Shown here piece by piece: positions 39,222-51,490 of a DNA stretch of 64,000 nucleotides (its first letter is position 1; every line of letters begins with the position of its first letter). The stretch comes from Octopus vulgaris. Lineage: Eukaryota. The notes beneath the pieces were generated by a model. It worked only from the letters and a program-made list of their open reading frames with translations. It searched no databases and was not told the DNA's origin. Made by a program: the position numbers and the translations under genes. Location: the NCBI GenBank assembly GCA_951406725.2, contig OX597814.1, positions 24,118,001 through 24,182,000 on the forward strand, read 5' to 3'.

Positions 39222-39897
39222 TCTATATATATAAAACTCAACTTGTATGTCTGTGTGTGTATCTGTGTGTTTAACTTCCCGGCACATCTCCTCCTAGCCA
39301 ACAAATCGTAGAACCACCAAAAATGGGTCACTTAAAAGTTTAGGCGAATAAAAATTGAACTGCGCTATTTCTGTTCCGAAATTCAACTCGCAAGTGCAAA
39401 AATCGATAATGTGTTTGTTTAGGCCTTATCCCATGCATTGCATAGTGAACTTTACTCAGTCAGCTGTTTGACATGAACTGTGTTCACCACGCGTGCAAGC
39501 ATGTGTAAATTGCATGAAAATAAAAAATCAAGATATAAAAACGAATCGCTTTAAACATTGTAAAAATTCGGCAAAGAAATGAATTTTCAAGAAAATGTAA
39601 CCTGGAGGGCTTTTCTTATTAATCGTTTGGACTTTGTGAACACATACCAATTGTTTTCATAACATTTTTAACGCTTTGAATTAAATGCGTTGAGTCTGCA
39701 GTTTGAATCACTTTAACCAAATTTTAGCAGGCCGGATTTTTGATCATCACGATACATCTCCAGCAACTCCCTGAAACTCTCCCTTGAAATCCCCGTTGAG
39801 AAATCTATATATATAAAACTCAACTTGTGTGTCTGTGTGTTTAACTTTTGGATCAACCAAGTTTCATTATTAAGGATGGAAAGTATTGTGTAGCAAA
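39222..39897 (+). mobile_element. Two further Helitron 5' segments lacking their own 3' ends
   Basis: A|TCTATATATATAAAACTCAACTTGT.TGTCTGTGTGT at 39222 and again at 39804. Confidence 0.7.
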
Positions 39898-40265
39898 TCT
39901 ATATATATAAAGCTGAAGTTGTCTGTGTGTGGAAGGTTTGGTAGCCTTCAACTAACACTATCTCCTTCAAGACCCTGCAGGTCTTAACTTATTAGGCTTG
40001 CTCTTCATTTTGTAGAAGATAAAATTCAAATCGGACCATGTTAACATCAAAAATTATTTACATCAAAAAGGTGCTTTTTTTCTATGAAAATCCCTATTTT
40101 TTTACGATTTTTGACTGCTGTGTCACCATATTTTGGTGTATTTCAACTGAAAAAATGTTCACTTGAAGAGAATAACAAGTTGCATAATGCAAAATTTTTA
40201 CTTTTTAAAAATTCCAATTCTAAAGGGTCAAAACAAACCCAAGCAACACTGGGTGATACTGCTAG
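39898..40265 (+). mobile_element. Non-autonomous Helitron
   Basis: 5' A|TCTATATATATAAAG; 3' hairpin ACCCA-AGCAACAC-TGGGT (40237-40254) followed by CTAG|T; no TSD. Confidence 0.85.
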
Positions 40266-41093
40266 TTCTTTATAAAACAAAGAAACACAACAGAGAGAAA
40301 TTGCAAGAGAGGGAGAGAGTGGGGGGGAGACGAGACAGAAGTGTAAAGGAGGAGGAGGAGGAGGGGGAAATGAGATATATACACTCATATATTGAATGAT
40401 GCTCAAATATATGTAAACAAAATCTGACATGAATATTGATAAAAAAAATAGGAGTAGTTTAATTATGAGAATGTGTTTGAAGTGTTGAATCACCTAAAAT
40501 AAAAAGTGGCTGTTTGCAAAAAATCTGATGTGAGTTACACCAACGATAATGACTCAGGGAAATTACTCAGGAATTCCACCATCATATTTAATGTAACAAA
40601 AGATAAATATCTAATTGAGTATTAAAACTTATGTGATGAGGAGAAAAATAGCATTATCACAGTGACTAATAAATGATTTAAGCTGATCTAATCAGTGACA
40701 GATGACTGTCAACTTTCTCTTTGCAGATTTGATGCAGTGAATTTATCTACAAGCAAAGCTGAACAGATGGTTACTCTTGAATCATGTTGCATATTCTGTT
40801 ACACAGCATTTAGTCATTTATGATGCTGAATGGAATCTAGGTATGTTCTATCCATTCTCTGCTATGTTCTCTTTTGGTCAATTATCTTAGTTCTGATTAC
40901 ATGATTGTAATCAGGTCAGCAAACTTAATCTAGTTTAATCTCAGTTCCTTGAGATTATCTTTTCAGTAGAGAGTAACCATATGTTTTTGCTATTTTAGTG
41001 CATGTGTATATGTACACTCAGTGTATAGATACGAGTGTGTGTATGTGTATATGCATATATTTATGGATGTATGTATTTGTATACACACACATT

Positions 41094-41127
<34 letters not shown>

Positions 41128-41257
41128 CATGACAAATAGATAGATGATAGAATATATATGTATATCATGAGTCATTATCAACATCGTCACTTCATGATCT
41201 TAAAATGGACATCAAATGATGGTGATGTGATGATGATTCATGATATATCTATGTGTC

Positions 41258-41379
41258 CACACACACACACACACACACACATACACACACACACATACAC
41301 ACACACACACATACACACACACACAAACACACACAGAGGCACACACACACACACAGAGGCACACACATACACACACACA
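41258..41379. repeat. (CA)n microsatellite
   Basis: Direct reading. Confidence 0.97.
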
Positions 41380-41380
41380 T

Positions 41381-41560
41381 AGGCAGAGGGATTGGCTGTT
41401 TGGTTAAAAGTTTACTTCGCACATTATGCAGTTTTATGTTCATTTCATTGCCTAATTGTGTGGTACCCTGGACCAAATATCTTCTTCTCTAATCCTAGGT
41501 TGATCAATGCCTTGTGAGTGAATTTAGATGATAGAAACTCTACAAAGCCTTGCATAAAAG
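41381..41560 (+). mobile_element. Decayed bipartite SINE head
   Basis: TGGCTGTTTGGTTAAAAG...GGTACCCTGGACCAAATATCTTC...GCCTTGTGAGTGAATTT. Confidence 0.6.
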
Positions 41561-41566
41561 TATATA

Positions 41567-41817
41567 CAGGGGGTACAGAAGTAGGTATACAGCAAGTATT
41601 GCATCAACGTTACAATATTTAATTCATTAAAAATATTAGCACATTAAATTAGTAAGACTCATTTTTGATATTTTCTGTGTCATTAATCATAATAATACAT
41701 TTATCATAACTATAATAATACTTTTATATTAACTTTTATTATTTTTTTTGATAAAAATAAATGTGTATTGTACATGTTTCTTTTTTCATAACTGTATGCC
41801 TACTTTTGCACACCCTG
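41567..41817. mobile_element. Tc1/mariner-type MITE
   Basis: ~26-bp TIRs CAGGGGGTACAGAAGTAGGTATACAG / CTGTATGCCTACTTTTGCACACCCTG with TA on both sides; AT-rich non-coding interior. Confidence 0.85.
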
Positions 41818-41829
41818 TATATATATGTA

Positions 41830-42403
41830 TGTGCCCTGAGAGAAATGTTGGGCATAAGAAGCATTGGATGCAGCGTGCAGGAGAGACGTTTGCGTTGGTA
41901 TGGTCATGTACTATGGATGGATGAGGAGAGATGTGTGAAGAAGTGCCACTCCCAAACTGTTGATGGAATCCGGGGTAGAGGTAGACCCAGGAAGACATGG
42001 GACTAGGTGGTCAAGCATGACCTTCATATATTGAGCCTCAAAGAGGCTATGAGGAAAGACCGAGACATCTGGTGATATGCTGTGACTTCAAAGACCCAAC
42101 AAATGAAGTGAGTCCATGGCTCACAAGACGGCTTGCTGTGCTAACCTTGGATCGTAGAGTGACCCCTATTCTTGAGGAGACCTATTGAGTCAAGTACGTT
42201 AACACCAACATCAAAATGAAAATCAAATGGAAATTGTAGATACCCGTGCTGGTGACACGTTAAAAGCACCATCCGAACGGGGCAGTTGCCAGCGCTGCCT
42301 GACTGGTGTCCGTGTCAGTGACATGTAAAAGCACCAACCGATCATGGCCATTTGCCAGCCTCATTTGGCCCCTGTGCCGGTGGCACGTAAAAAGCACCCA
42401 TTA
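41830..42403 (+). mobile_element. RTE LINE 3' fragment (abundant family): ORF C-terminus + part of 3' UTR
   Basis: LREMLGIRSIGCSVQERRLRWYGHVLWMDEERCVKKC...RGRGRPRKTW, typical of RTE C-termini, followed by GTGCCGGTGGCACGTAAAAAGCACC 3' UTR units. Confidence 0.85.
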
Positions 42404-42404
42404 C

Positions 42405-43222
42405 AGTCAGGCAGAACTAGCATCGACCATGCTTGAATGGTGCTTTTTACACAGGAGCCAGTGTGGCAGCACTGGCATTGACCATCTGGAATGGTACTTT
42501 TTACATGCCACCAGCATGGGAACTGGTCAGGTGGCACTGGCATCGACCAAACTCAAATGGTGCAGTTTATGTGCCACTGGTACAGGTGCAAGTCAGGCGG
42601 CACTGGCATTAGCCACAACTACAATTTCACTTGACCCAACAGGTCTTCTCAAGCATAGCATATTGCCCAACGGTTGAAGAGTACTTTTAAATGAGCTGGT
42701 TATGTGACACTGGTATCAGCCAAGGCTATGATCTCACTTGGCTTGCTGAGCCTTTTCAAGCACAGCATATCTCCAAAGATCTCAGTCACTTGTCATTGCC
42801 TCTGTGAGCCCAACGTTCAAAGGTCGTGCTTCATCACCTCGTCTCATGTCTTCCTGGATCTACCCACAGGTTCCCTCCACTATTAGGGTGTGACACTTCT
42901 TCACACAGCTGTCCTCATCCATATACAACACATGACCATACCATTGCAGTCGTCTCTCTTGTACACCACATCTGATTCTTCTTATGTCCAACATTTCTCT
43001 CAGAGTGCTTACACTCTGTCATGTATGCACACTGACATTACACATCCAGTTGAGCATACTAGCTACATATTTTTCAAGCTTGCACATGTCTTCAGCAGTC
43101 ACATGTTTCACTGCCATGTAGCATGGTTGTTTGCACACATGCATCATTGAGTCTAGCTTTCACTCTGAATAAGAGGTTTTTCTTACCAGCAGAGGTAAGA
43201 GCTCTCTGAACTTTGCCCACCT
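42405..43222 (-). mobile_element. RTE LINE 3' fragment (abundant family), minus strand
   Basis: Minus-strand translation WAKFRELLPLL...MLHGSET...LREMLDIRRIRCGVQERRLQWYGHVLYMDEDSCVKKCHTL, then reverse-complement 3' UTR repeat units at 42405-42620. Confidence 0.85.
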
Positions 43223-43236
43223 CTTATGTGTCCATA

Positions 43237-45606
43237 ATTTAATCTCTACACCTCCAACAATTCTTTTATGAAACCAAAAGGTCAACTTTGGACATTTGAG
43301 TCCCCACTTGGTGATAGGGCATAAATTGACTACCTCATCTTTCGAAAGAAATGGCGCAATAGTGTTAAAGACTCGAGATCCTACTCTTCCTTTAGTTCTG
43401 TCGGCTCTGACCACAGAATTGTATCAGCTACCGTTAAGCTTAGTCTTCGCTCATCCAAAAAAACTAAGCCTTACCCGATCAAAATGATCGACTGGGAGGA
43501 AGTCTTATCTAACCCCGATATGTCCAAACAATTTACTATTGAGGTCTATAACACATTTCAATCTCTGTCTAATTCTGAAATAGATGCTGAGAACATTGAG
43601 GAAGTATACAGCAGCCTCATCAAATCAACAGAGGAAGTTGCACTGGCTACTCTTCCCAAAAAGAAGAGTAGGGGCCAGAGCAAACCTTCTAATTCCCCAA
43701 ATGTCATCGAAGCCAGAAACCATCTAAAGTCTATATCACTAGCTTACCGCCGTTCTCCATCCCAGTCACTGAAGATCCAACTCATAGCTGCCAGGAAGAA
43801 TCTTGATGAGGCTTACTTGAACGCCGAGGTCGAATTTATCAATGGCAAAATTAGTAAACTATCGAAAGAGCACATTACTAAAAAACACCATCTCGCCTGG
43901 AAATCCATCAAAGACCTATCAGGCAAAAATTCTGGGTCATCAATTAGAATTAAAGGAGGATCAGCTAAGAAGCGCTTAGAAAGTTGGTCAACCCATTTTA
44001 AAAACCTCCTTGGGAAGAATGCCAAAATCCCTGATAACCCCACTCTTCCAAGTGTGCCTATATCAGACACGCTGGACATCAACACCTCCCCTTTTACCAT
44101 ATTTGAACTAACAGCAGCCACCAAGCAACTAAAAGCCTCGAAAGCATTTGGTCCCGACAACATCCCAGCTGTAATTTGGAAGGATGATAGATTTCACACA
44201 CTTTTGCTCAACCTCTGCAACCATACACTTTCCACCTTTGTCGCTCCAAAGATTTGGCACCAATCTCAAATCATTCCAATACCCAAAAAAGCGACTTGTC
44301 CCTCGTCACCAACTACAGGGGTATATCTCTAATGTCAATTGCTGCAAAACTGTACAACAAACTGATCCTAAATCGTCTTGTCCTTTTTGTTGAACCTTTG
44401 CTCCGAAAGAACCAAAATGGATTCAGACATGGGCGCTCAACGCTGAGCCAGATACTATGCCTGCGCAGACTTATTGAAGAATCAAAAGCATTTAATCGCG
44501 AACTTGCAATGGTATTTGTAGACTTTTCTAAAGCGTTCGATTCTGTAGATAGGTACAAGATGTTTGAAATCCTTAAGCTCTATGGGATACCAGACAAAAT
44601 TATTTCTGCCATCAAGGTCCTCTACACAGATACGTCTTCAACCATCTTAACCCCTGATGGAGAAACATCATCTTTCTCAATCAAAGCCGGAATACTGCAG
44701 GGAGACACACTCGCCCCATTTCTTTTCATCATTGTTGTTGATTATGTGCTACGTATGTCAGTTGATACCATCTCTGGCAAGGGCTTTGAAATAAAACCAA
44801 GAAGAAGTTCCAGACACCCAGCTGAGTACTTGACAGACACTGACTTTACTGACGACATCGCTCTTATCAGTGATTCTCTCTCCAATGCCCAGTCTCTTTT
44901 ACAATCTCTTGAACAAGCCTCAAATTGTGTAGGTCTTTACCTCAATGAAGCCAAAACTGAATACATAAACAAGTGCCTGTCCAACAGTGATTGCATCATC
45001 CATACTCTCAACAGTGCGCCTTTAAATATGGTTTCTGATTATAAATATCTTGGGTCATACATATCATCATCTGGAAAAGACTTTCTAACTAGAAAGGGTA
45101 TGGCCTGGTCAGCCTGTAATGACATGCATAAGATCTGGTCATCAAATCTAAGTAGAGACTTCAAACTTGAAATATTCAAAGCCACAGTCGAACCAATTCT
45201 ACTATATGGCTCAGAAACCTGGACGTTATCAAAGAAGCTTGAGAGGCGGTTGGATGGAACCTACACTCGCCTCCTTATGAGAGCTCAAAATCTCTCGTGG
45301 AAGCGCCATCCAACCAAAATGCAAATATATGGGAAACTACCACTTGTGTCATCTCTTGTGAAAGGTAGGAGAGTCCAGTTTGCTGGACATTGTTGTAGAG
45401 TTGAAAAAGAAGTAATTTCTACTCTTCTCCTCTGGAAGCCATCTACTCGCAATACCAGAGGGCGCACACTCTCCTACCCTGATGTAATCTCCAGGGATAT
45501 AGGCATCCAGCAACAGGACCTCCGTAACGCTATGATGGACCATGAAGTCTGGCGTAACATAGTAAATTCCATTGTCTCGACCACGGTCGAACAATGATGA
45601 ATGATG
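43237..45606 (+). mobile_element. Young 5'-truncated RTE-clade non-LTR retrotransposon (LINE)
   Basis: Exact 11-bp direct repeat ATGTGTCCATA at 43226-43236 and 45607-45617 (TSD). The end of an APE endonuclease domain is readable upstream of and in frame with ORF 43484 (LWTFESPLGDRA*IDYLI...SVGSDHRIV). A complete RT follows. The element ends in a short TGATGAATGATG tail. Confidence 0.93.
43238..45597 (+). pseudogene. RTE ORF (APE endonuclease C-terminus + reverse transcriptase), disrupted
   Basis: RT motifs NYRGISL, QNGFR.GRST, VFVDFSKAFDSV, GILQGDTLAPFLF, DFTDDIAL, YKYLGS, LLYGSETW. In-frame TAA at 43322-43324 where Q is expected (QIDY motif). A 1-nt loss at ~44291 (CCC AAA AAA GC GAC instead of PKKGD) joins ORFs 43484..44332 and 44254..45597. 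Confidence 0.92.
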
Positions 45607-45617
45607 ATGTGTCCATA

Positions 45618-45760
45618 GCATACACCGGGTACATCTCAAGAACTTCATATCACCAGACATTTCTGTCCATTGTTATCAACTCCATGAGGTCCAACATCTT
45701 GAGATCATCTCTCACAACTTCATTCCATGTCTTTCTGGGTCTCCCTCTTCCACAGGTACC
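45618..45760 (-). mobile_element. Short RTE ORF C-terminal fragment
   Basis: Minus strand reads GTCGRGRPRKTWNEVVRDDLKML...DRNVW. Confidence 0.75.
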
Positions 45761-45809
45761 TTTTAGCCCTGATTCTGAAATCACTAATGAATAATACATA
45801 TATACATAC

Positions 45810-45845
<36 letters not shown>

Positions 45846-45876
45846 CTAAATATATATTTCTAAATATATATATGTA

Positions 45877-46077
45877 TGTGGGGTTGGTGAAACGTTCCAG
45901 GCTTTAAGAGTATCATGAAAGGCTTTGCTGAAGGCCCAACCTTCTGAGTTCTCTTAGAGGGCTTAGAAAAACTGAAAAACCGCTACAATAAATGTGCAAA
46001 TCTAAGAGGGGAATATGTTGCATAAAATCATAATTAACTGATCCTTCAGTATTTTCTTTTACTAAAAGCCAGGCACT

Positions 46078-46085
<8 letters not shown>
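45877..46085 (+). mobile_element. Mariner-derived non-autonomous remnant within (TA)n
   Basis: RYNKCANLRGEYV resembles the mariner C-terminus (RWxKCIxxxGxYV); partial TIR match GTTCCAGGCTTT / AAAGCCAGGCAC. Confidence 0.65.
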
Positions 46086-46126
<41 letters not shown>

Positions 46127-47567
46127 GAGAGAGAGAGAGAGGGATAAAGCAATATTTGTTGAGTCTTTTCTCCAAGCTTGAGACCTAAAATTATATTTAG
46201 AGTTTGTCTCTTCTGATTGATACAATTTATATATAAGGATATTTTGTTCAACTAGTCCTGTATTGTGAAATACAATTATAAAAATTATCAAGTAATAGTA
46301 TCAAATAATACATACATATGTTTGTTTATATGCATATATATGTATGTCTACAAATATATATATATATAAAACATATGTATGCATGTACACATATACATAC
46401 ATATACACACATATTTATATTCATATTTTTCTTAGTGTTAGAATTTTTATTGACTTTTTAAGTATACATAGCCTTAAGATTATCAAATAAAATATAGTTA
46501 TCCTAAATTGGATAATCAGTTTTTTGAGAGATAAGAAGTTTATATTTCAGAATATAATATGATGTTGACAGTTCAATAATATAATCTTACATTATGATTA
46601 TTTTTCAAACCTGAAGCTGAAAGCATTTGATAAGAAGTATTCTCGTATTGATTGTTGTGGTCAATACTGGTGCTACACATGTACAACTAGTGGCTTTCAT
46701 TATTATTTTGTTAGTATTTAATCAAGTGAGTTCTCATTAAGTTTTCTCATTTTACCCTTAAGATTTTTAACTCTGTTAAACTTATTTCTTGCTTGTAGGA
46801 TTCTTATTTGTTGATATTGTATTTAATATTAAATCAAAACTTTAACATTGCCTGTCTATCTTTGTAAGATAATTATGTGAAGTTTTTACTCTCTGCTCAG
46901 AAAGAAAGAAAAACAAAGAAATCTTGTCCGGAAGCTGAATTAATTTTGTTCATTTAAACATTACAAGGAAAACGTAAACAGACATAAAATATATCCTACA
47001 TATATAAACACACCTACAGAAATAAAATATTAGGTTGAGAAACTAATTTAATTGTTAAATTTTTATTTTGGATAGTTCATAGTATTGCAGAAAATGTTGC
47101 TAAATATGTTACAACAATAAACAGAAAATGGAAAGAACAAGTTAAATAATACATTTTTTTTTTTGTATTACAAGGAACATTTTGCTTTATATCATTCCAA
47201 TATAGGTTTATTTTGATTACATTTCCTAATATATGGAAATGAATTTCAAATAAAAAGTCTATTCTTTCAAATACAATATACTGTAACATGCTTTATCAAT
47301 GTTGTGTTTGTGGAAATTTTGCAGAATGTTTAAAAAGAAAACTTAAAATAAATTACTATAATAAACTAAGTTGTGCTTTGTAAAAATGAAACGATAGAAG
47401 AAGTATGACCAAAATGTAGCTTCTATTTCTACGAAATAGTTTTATTTAACAACTTCATCTATTAAAAGTTGTGAAGTTATTACCAGAGTCAAATTAAAGT
47501 TTGAGTTGTAACTAGTTGTTAGAAATTTGTTTTATACCATCAGGTTCTTGAGAATACAAATCAGCAA

Positions 47568-48150
47568 AACTACACAAAGTTGAATTTAACCAATATTCTT
47601 TGCAGTCATAACATTAATTTGCTAATTTTTCTTTATTTTCATCCTTTTATATATTTGTATTTTTAACAAAAACATTACATTCTGTTAATTAATTTAATAA
47701 ACTAGCAAATTATTTTTGCTACTTTTCCTGTTTATTTTTGTGTAAATCTAATAAGTTTGGTTAACCATGTCCAGGAATTGTAAACTAAATCAGTAATGGA
47801 ACAAGAGGTCTATTTTCCATGTTAAAGAATGCAACTATGCACTTGTAAAACATATTCTTTATAGCAATATCCTAAATCTCTTTTCAGTTTAATTACATAA
47901 GCAGAATAACTTTAGTTTAGATACCCAAGATACCGAAGGTGTGTAATATTATAAATTACAATATTTTACATGAATAAATAATCAGATAATGAAATCTTCA
48001 TAAGAGAAACATATGAATTCATGTACCCCTTTGTATTAAAAATTATCAATCAAAGGATTAACTTAATTTACTTCCTGACAAGGTAAAATGGGTGTAATGA
48101 TTATTTATGTCTTTCCCAAGTACACTAGTTTAGTAAATGAATATTTCTCA
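47568..48150. repeat. Unclassified ~570-bp element, copy A
   Basis: Colinear by eye with 52822-53385, starting AACTACACAAAGTTGAAT. Confidence 0.8.
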
Positions 48151-48151
48151 G

Positions 48152-49392
48152 GTTGATAGTATGATGCTTGTGTATGAACAGCTATCCTACATGGCAGTGA
48201 AACACGTGCTGTGTCTACAGAGGACATGCAAAGGCTTGAAAGAAATGAAGTCAGCATTCTCTGCTGAATGGTCCATATCAGTGTGCATGTACAACAGAGT
48301 GTAAATGATTTAAGAGAAAAATTGGGTATTAGAGGCATCAGATGTAGTGTGCAAGGGAGAAAACTGCACTGGTATGGTCATGTGATGCTTATAGATGAGG
48401 ATAACTTCATAAAGAAGTGCTGGTCTCTGTGGAGGGAACCTGTGGAAAGCGTAGACTCAGGGAGGTGTAGCACAAAGTGGTAAGAAATGATCTTCAGAAA
48501 ATGAGCCTCACAGAGGATATGAAAAGGGAGCAAGACTTCTGATGATTAACTGTTGTTGAGAACATACAGTCAAGCTAAGTAAAATCATAGCCATCCATAC
48601 ATATAGGTATGTATGTCCTTTATGGCGATAACCCACTTCACACACACACACACACACACATTTAATTCTGTCCTCTGGCAAAAATCCCTTACAACTAACT
48701 CCTCCAACCCCCACCATCCACTGCAGGCCCCTCCAGTTCCTCTCAATATCACTCCCTATCTCTAGATATTTCCCCTCACTCTCTCTCTATCAACTCTGTG
48801 CTACTTATACACTTACCTCCGTTCCTTGTGGGTAGGCCTTCATTTTCTCACACTGACTGTCTCTCTCTCCTTCTCTCCCTCTTTCTCTCTCCCTTCCTTG
48901 CTTTCTCTCTGTCCTACCTCTTTTGTTCCACTGGGGAAGTCAAGTGTTTCCTCTGTAGCAAGACCGCTAGCCCTGACCCTCTGTCATACTCCAACCTCTC
49001 ACCTGGCACATGACTGCTTCTCTCAGTTCCTTCTCCTCTCTCAGCTGAGACTTTCTTGTCTTGCAAGCCACTTGGCGGGCCCCACAGGTACTAGTTCCAT
49101 GTAAAAAGCACCTGTGCTGGTGACATAAAAAACACTTATGCTAACATCACATAAATGGCACACATGCCAGTTCCACATAAGAAGCATCCATGCTAGTGCC
49201 ATGTAAAACAGCAACCAAGCTACTGCCATGTAAAAAAAGTACCCAGTACACTCTGTAAAGTGGTTGGCATTAGAAAGGGCATCCAACTATGAAAACCATA
49301 TCAATACTAGAGTCTGGTGCAGTCCTCCAGCATGCCAGCTTCTATCAAACTGGCCAACTTATGCTAGCTTGGAAACAATGATGTTGATGATC
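48152..49392 (+). mobile_element. Decayed RTE LINE 3' end with 3' UTR
   Basis: AILHGSET...LERNE...LREKLGIRGIRCSVQGRKLHWYGHVM, then a CT-rich tract, AAAAGCACC-type units (49080-49250) and the family terminus ending ATGATGTTGATGAT. Confidence 0.8.
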
Positions 49393-50391
49393 ACTTCACT
49401 TACTACACATAATATGCGAGTCACATAATTTACTCTATGATCATTATTACCTTTATTGTGGTATATGCCAAAGTATTGGATAGAAAACATGATATACTTA
49501 TTATACTTAGATCTGCTTAGAATTTTATGATATTACAGGAAACAATCATTTATGATATCTATTGCTGGTTAAGTGTGACTTTAATACTTCAGATTAGCAT
49601 ATCTTATTTGCTTACTAAATAAATGTTGACAGTTCCACAAATAATTTGCATGAATTAATAAGGAGTCTTTTTATGTGTTTTAAATGCAATGTTTTGCTCT
49701 ATGTATTGTGGTATATTGAAGGAAGCTATGCAGAAGTAAGCTTCAAAATCTCTTGCATATTTTAATCACTACCACAAAAACTTCAGTAAGAAGTAAATTT
49801 CTGTTAGATTAGTAATAATCTGTTGTTGTAGCACATATCATTTAAGTATTATGAACATACTGAAAATTCTTGATAAATAGTAAAACTATATAATGTAGTT
49901 ATAAAATGTATGGCAAGTGGCTTGATCTAAGACTGAGTTAAAATTGAAACAGTCTTACATCATGGAAGAGACTGTGAGCCATCTAAAAATACAAAAGAAC
50001 TGTGAATACTCATTTTTCTTTTATTTTGCTTGTTCCATAAAATATTTTCAATATCTTAATTAATCAGAACAAGTAAAATATAATCAAGTATCAGGTATTC
50101 ATGATTCTTAATTCTCTGTTCATCCTCAAAAGTGAACAATATTCTTAACTTTAGGGAAGAATAAAAGATATCATACATTTATCAATGGTATTAGTGATGC
50201 GAGCTGGCAGAAACGTTAGTACGCCGGGCGAAATGCGTGACCGTATTTCGTCTGCCACTACGTGTAAGCTCAGAAGCTTGTAAAGTGATGTCATTTCAGA
50301 AAAATAATCATAATTGCTGAGGTACAAGAGAATTTAATCATTGATAAACACAAATTATATCAGAATATATAAACTACCAGATAATATACTC

Positions 50392-51490
50392 ATTGAAAAA
50401 CCAGACAGTGGGATGCAGGGTTGCTCTTAAATACAAAGACCCTCCCAAGTGAGGAATGCACCTCCCACAATAGACTAGTTATTAGTGACTTTCGACTCAA
50501 GACTAAGAGGATGCCTAGAAGCAGACCAATCCAGAAGAGAAGTATTTGGAAGCTAAAGAACCCTTCACATGGTCAGAGATTTAGGGACATCCTCATCAAG
50601 AAATTTGATGAGAGGGAGGAGAAACTACATTCCTTGGACATAGAAGGTAGCTGGAAATTCTTATGAGACAGCTTACTAAGTGTTGCAGACCAAGTCTGCA
50701 GCTGGTGCAAAGTCCTTTCCAGACCTAGAGTAACATGGTGGTGGAATGCAGTAGACAAAGCCATCAGAGCAAAGAAACAGGCCTGGAAAGCCTGGAAAGC
50801 CTGGAAAGCCTGGAAAGGTGGGAGTAGCAGGGAACCATACCAGATAGCCAAAAGGGAGGCTGGGCAGCAGGTATACATAGCCAAGGGCGAAGCAGTAAAG
50901 AAGAAGTTTGCCAATGTTCAGTGACGTGTGGACCAAAGAACTGAAGTATTCTGGATTGCAATTGTGATGTCACAGGAGAGAAATGTGTCCACATGGATGA
51001 TGATGCACTTGCTTTTAATGATTCAGAAAAGAAAGAAGCTTGGAAGAGCCATTATGAAAGGTCATTGAGAGGGTCATAGCCCAACTAATTAGGAAGAGAG
51101 TCTGCTTAGATGAGATGCAGTTTGGTTTTGTACCAGGTAGAAGCACCACTGATGCTATATTCCTGGTACGGCGACTGCAGGAGAAATACCTAGCCAAAGA
51201 TAAACCCCTATATTTGGCTTTTGTGGACGTGACTGGCTTCCGTGCTGGTGACACATTAAAAGCACTATCTGATCATGGTTGATGCCAGCTCCACTGGCGC
51301 CTTGTGCCGGTGGCACGTAAAAAGTACCCACTACACTCTCGGAGTGGTTGGTGTTAAGAAGGGCATCCAGCTATAGAACCACTGCCAGATCAGATTGGGG
51401 CCTGGTGCAGCCTCCTGGCTCCCAGACCCCAGTCGAACAGTCCAACCCATGCCAGCATAGAAAACGGATGTTAAACGATGATGATGATGA
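50392..51490 (+). mobile_element. Internally deleted RTE LINE
   Basis: APE end (LPSEECTSHNRLVISDF), linker TWWWNAVDKAIRAKK, RT start (EMQFGFVPGRSTTDAIFLVRRLQEKYLAKDKPLYLAFVD), joined directly to the 3' UTR terminus ...GTTAAACGATGATGATGATG. Confidence 0.87.

Noticed and set aside
47750-47870. Mitochondrial COX2-like NUMT (LHSLT...IPG..NQ on the minus strand)
   Set aside because: Motif spacing is wrong, a frameshift is needed, and the GQCSEICG motif is absent.
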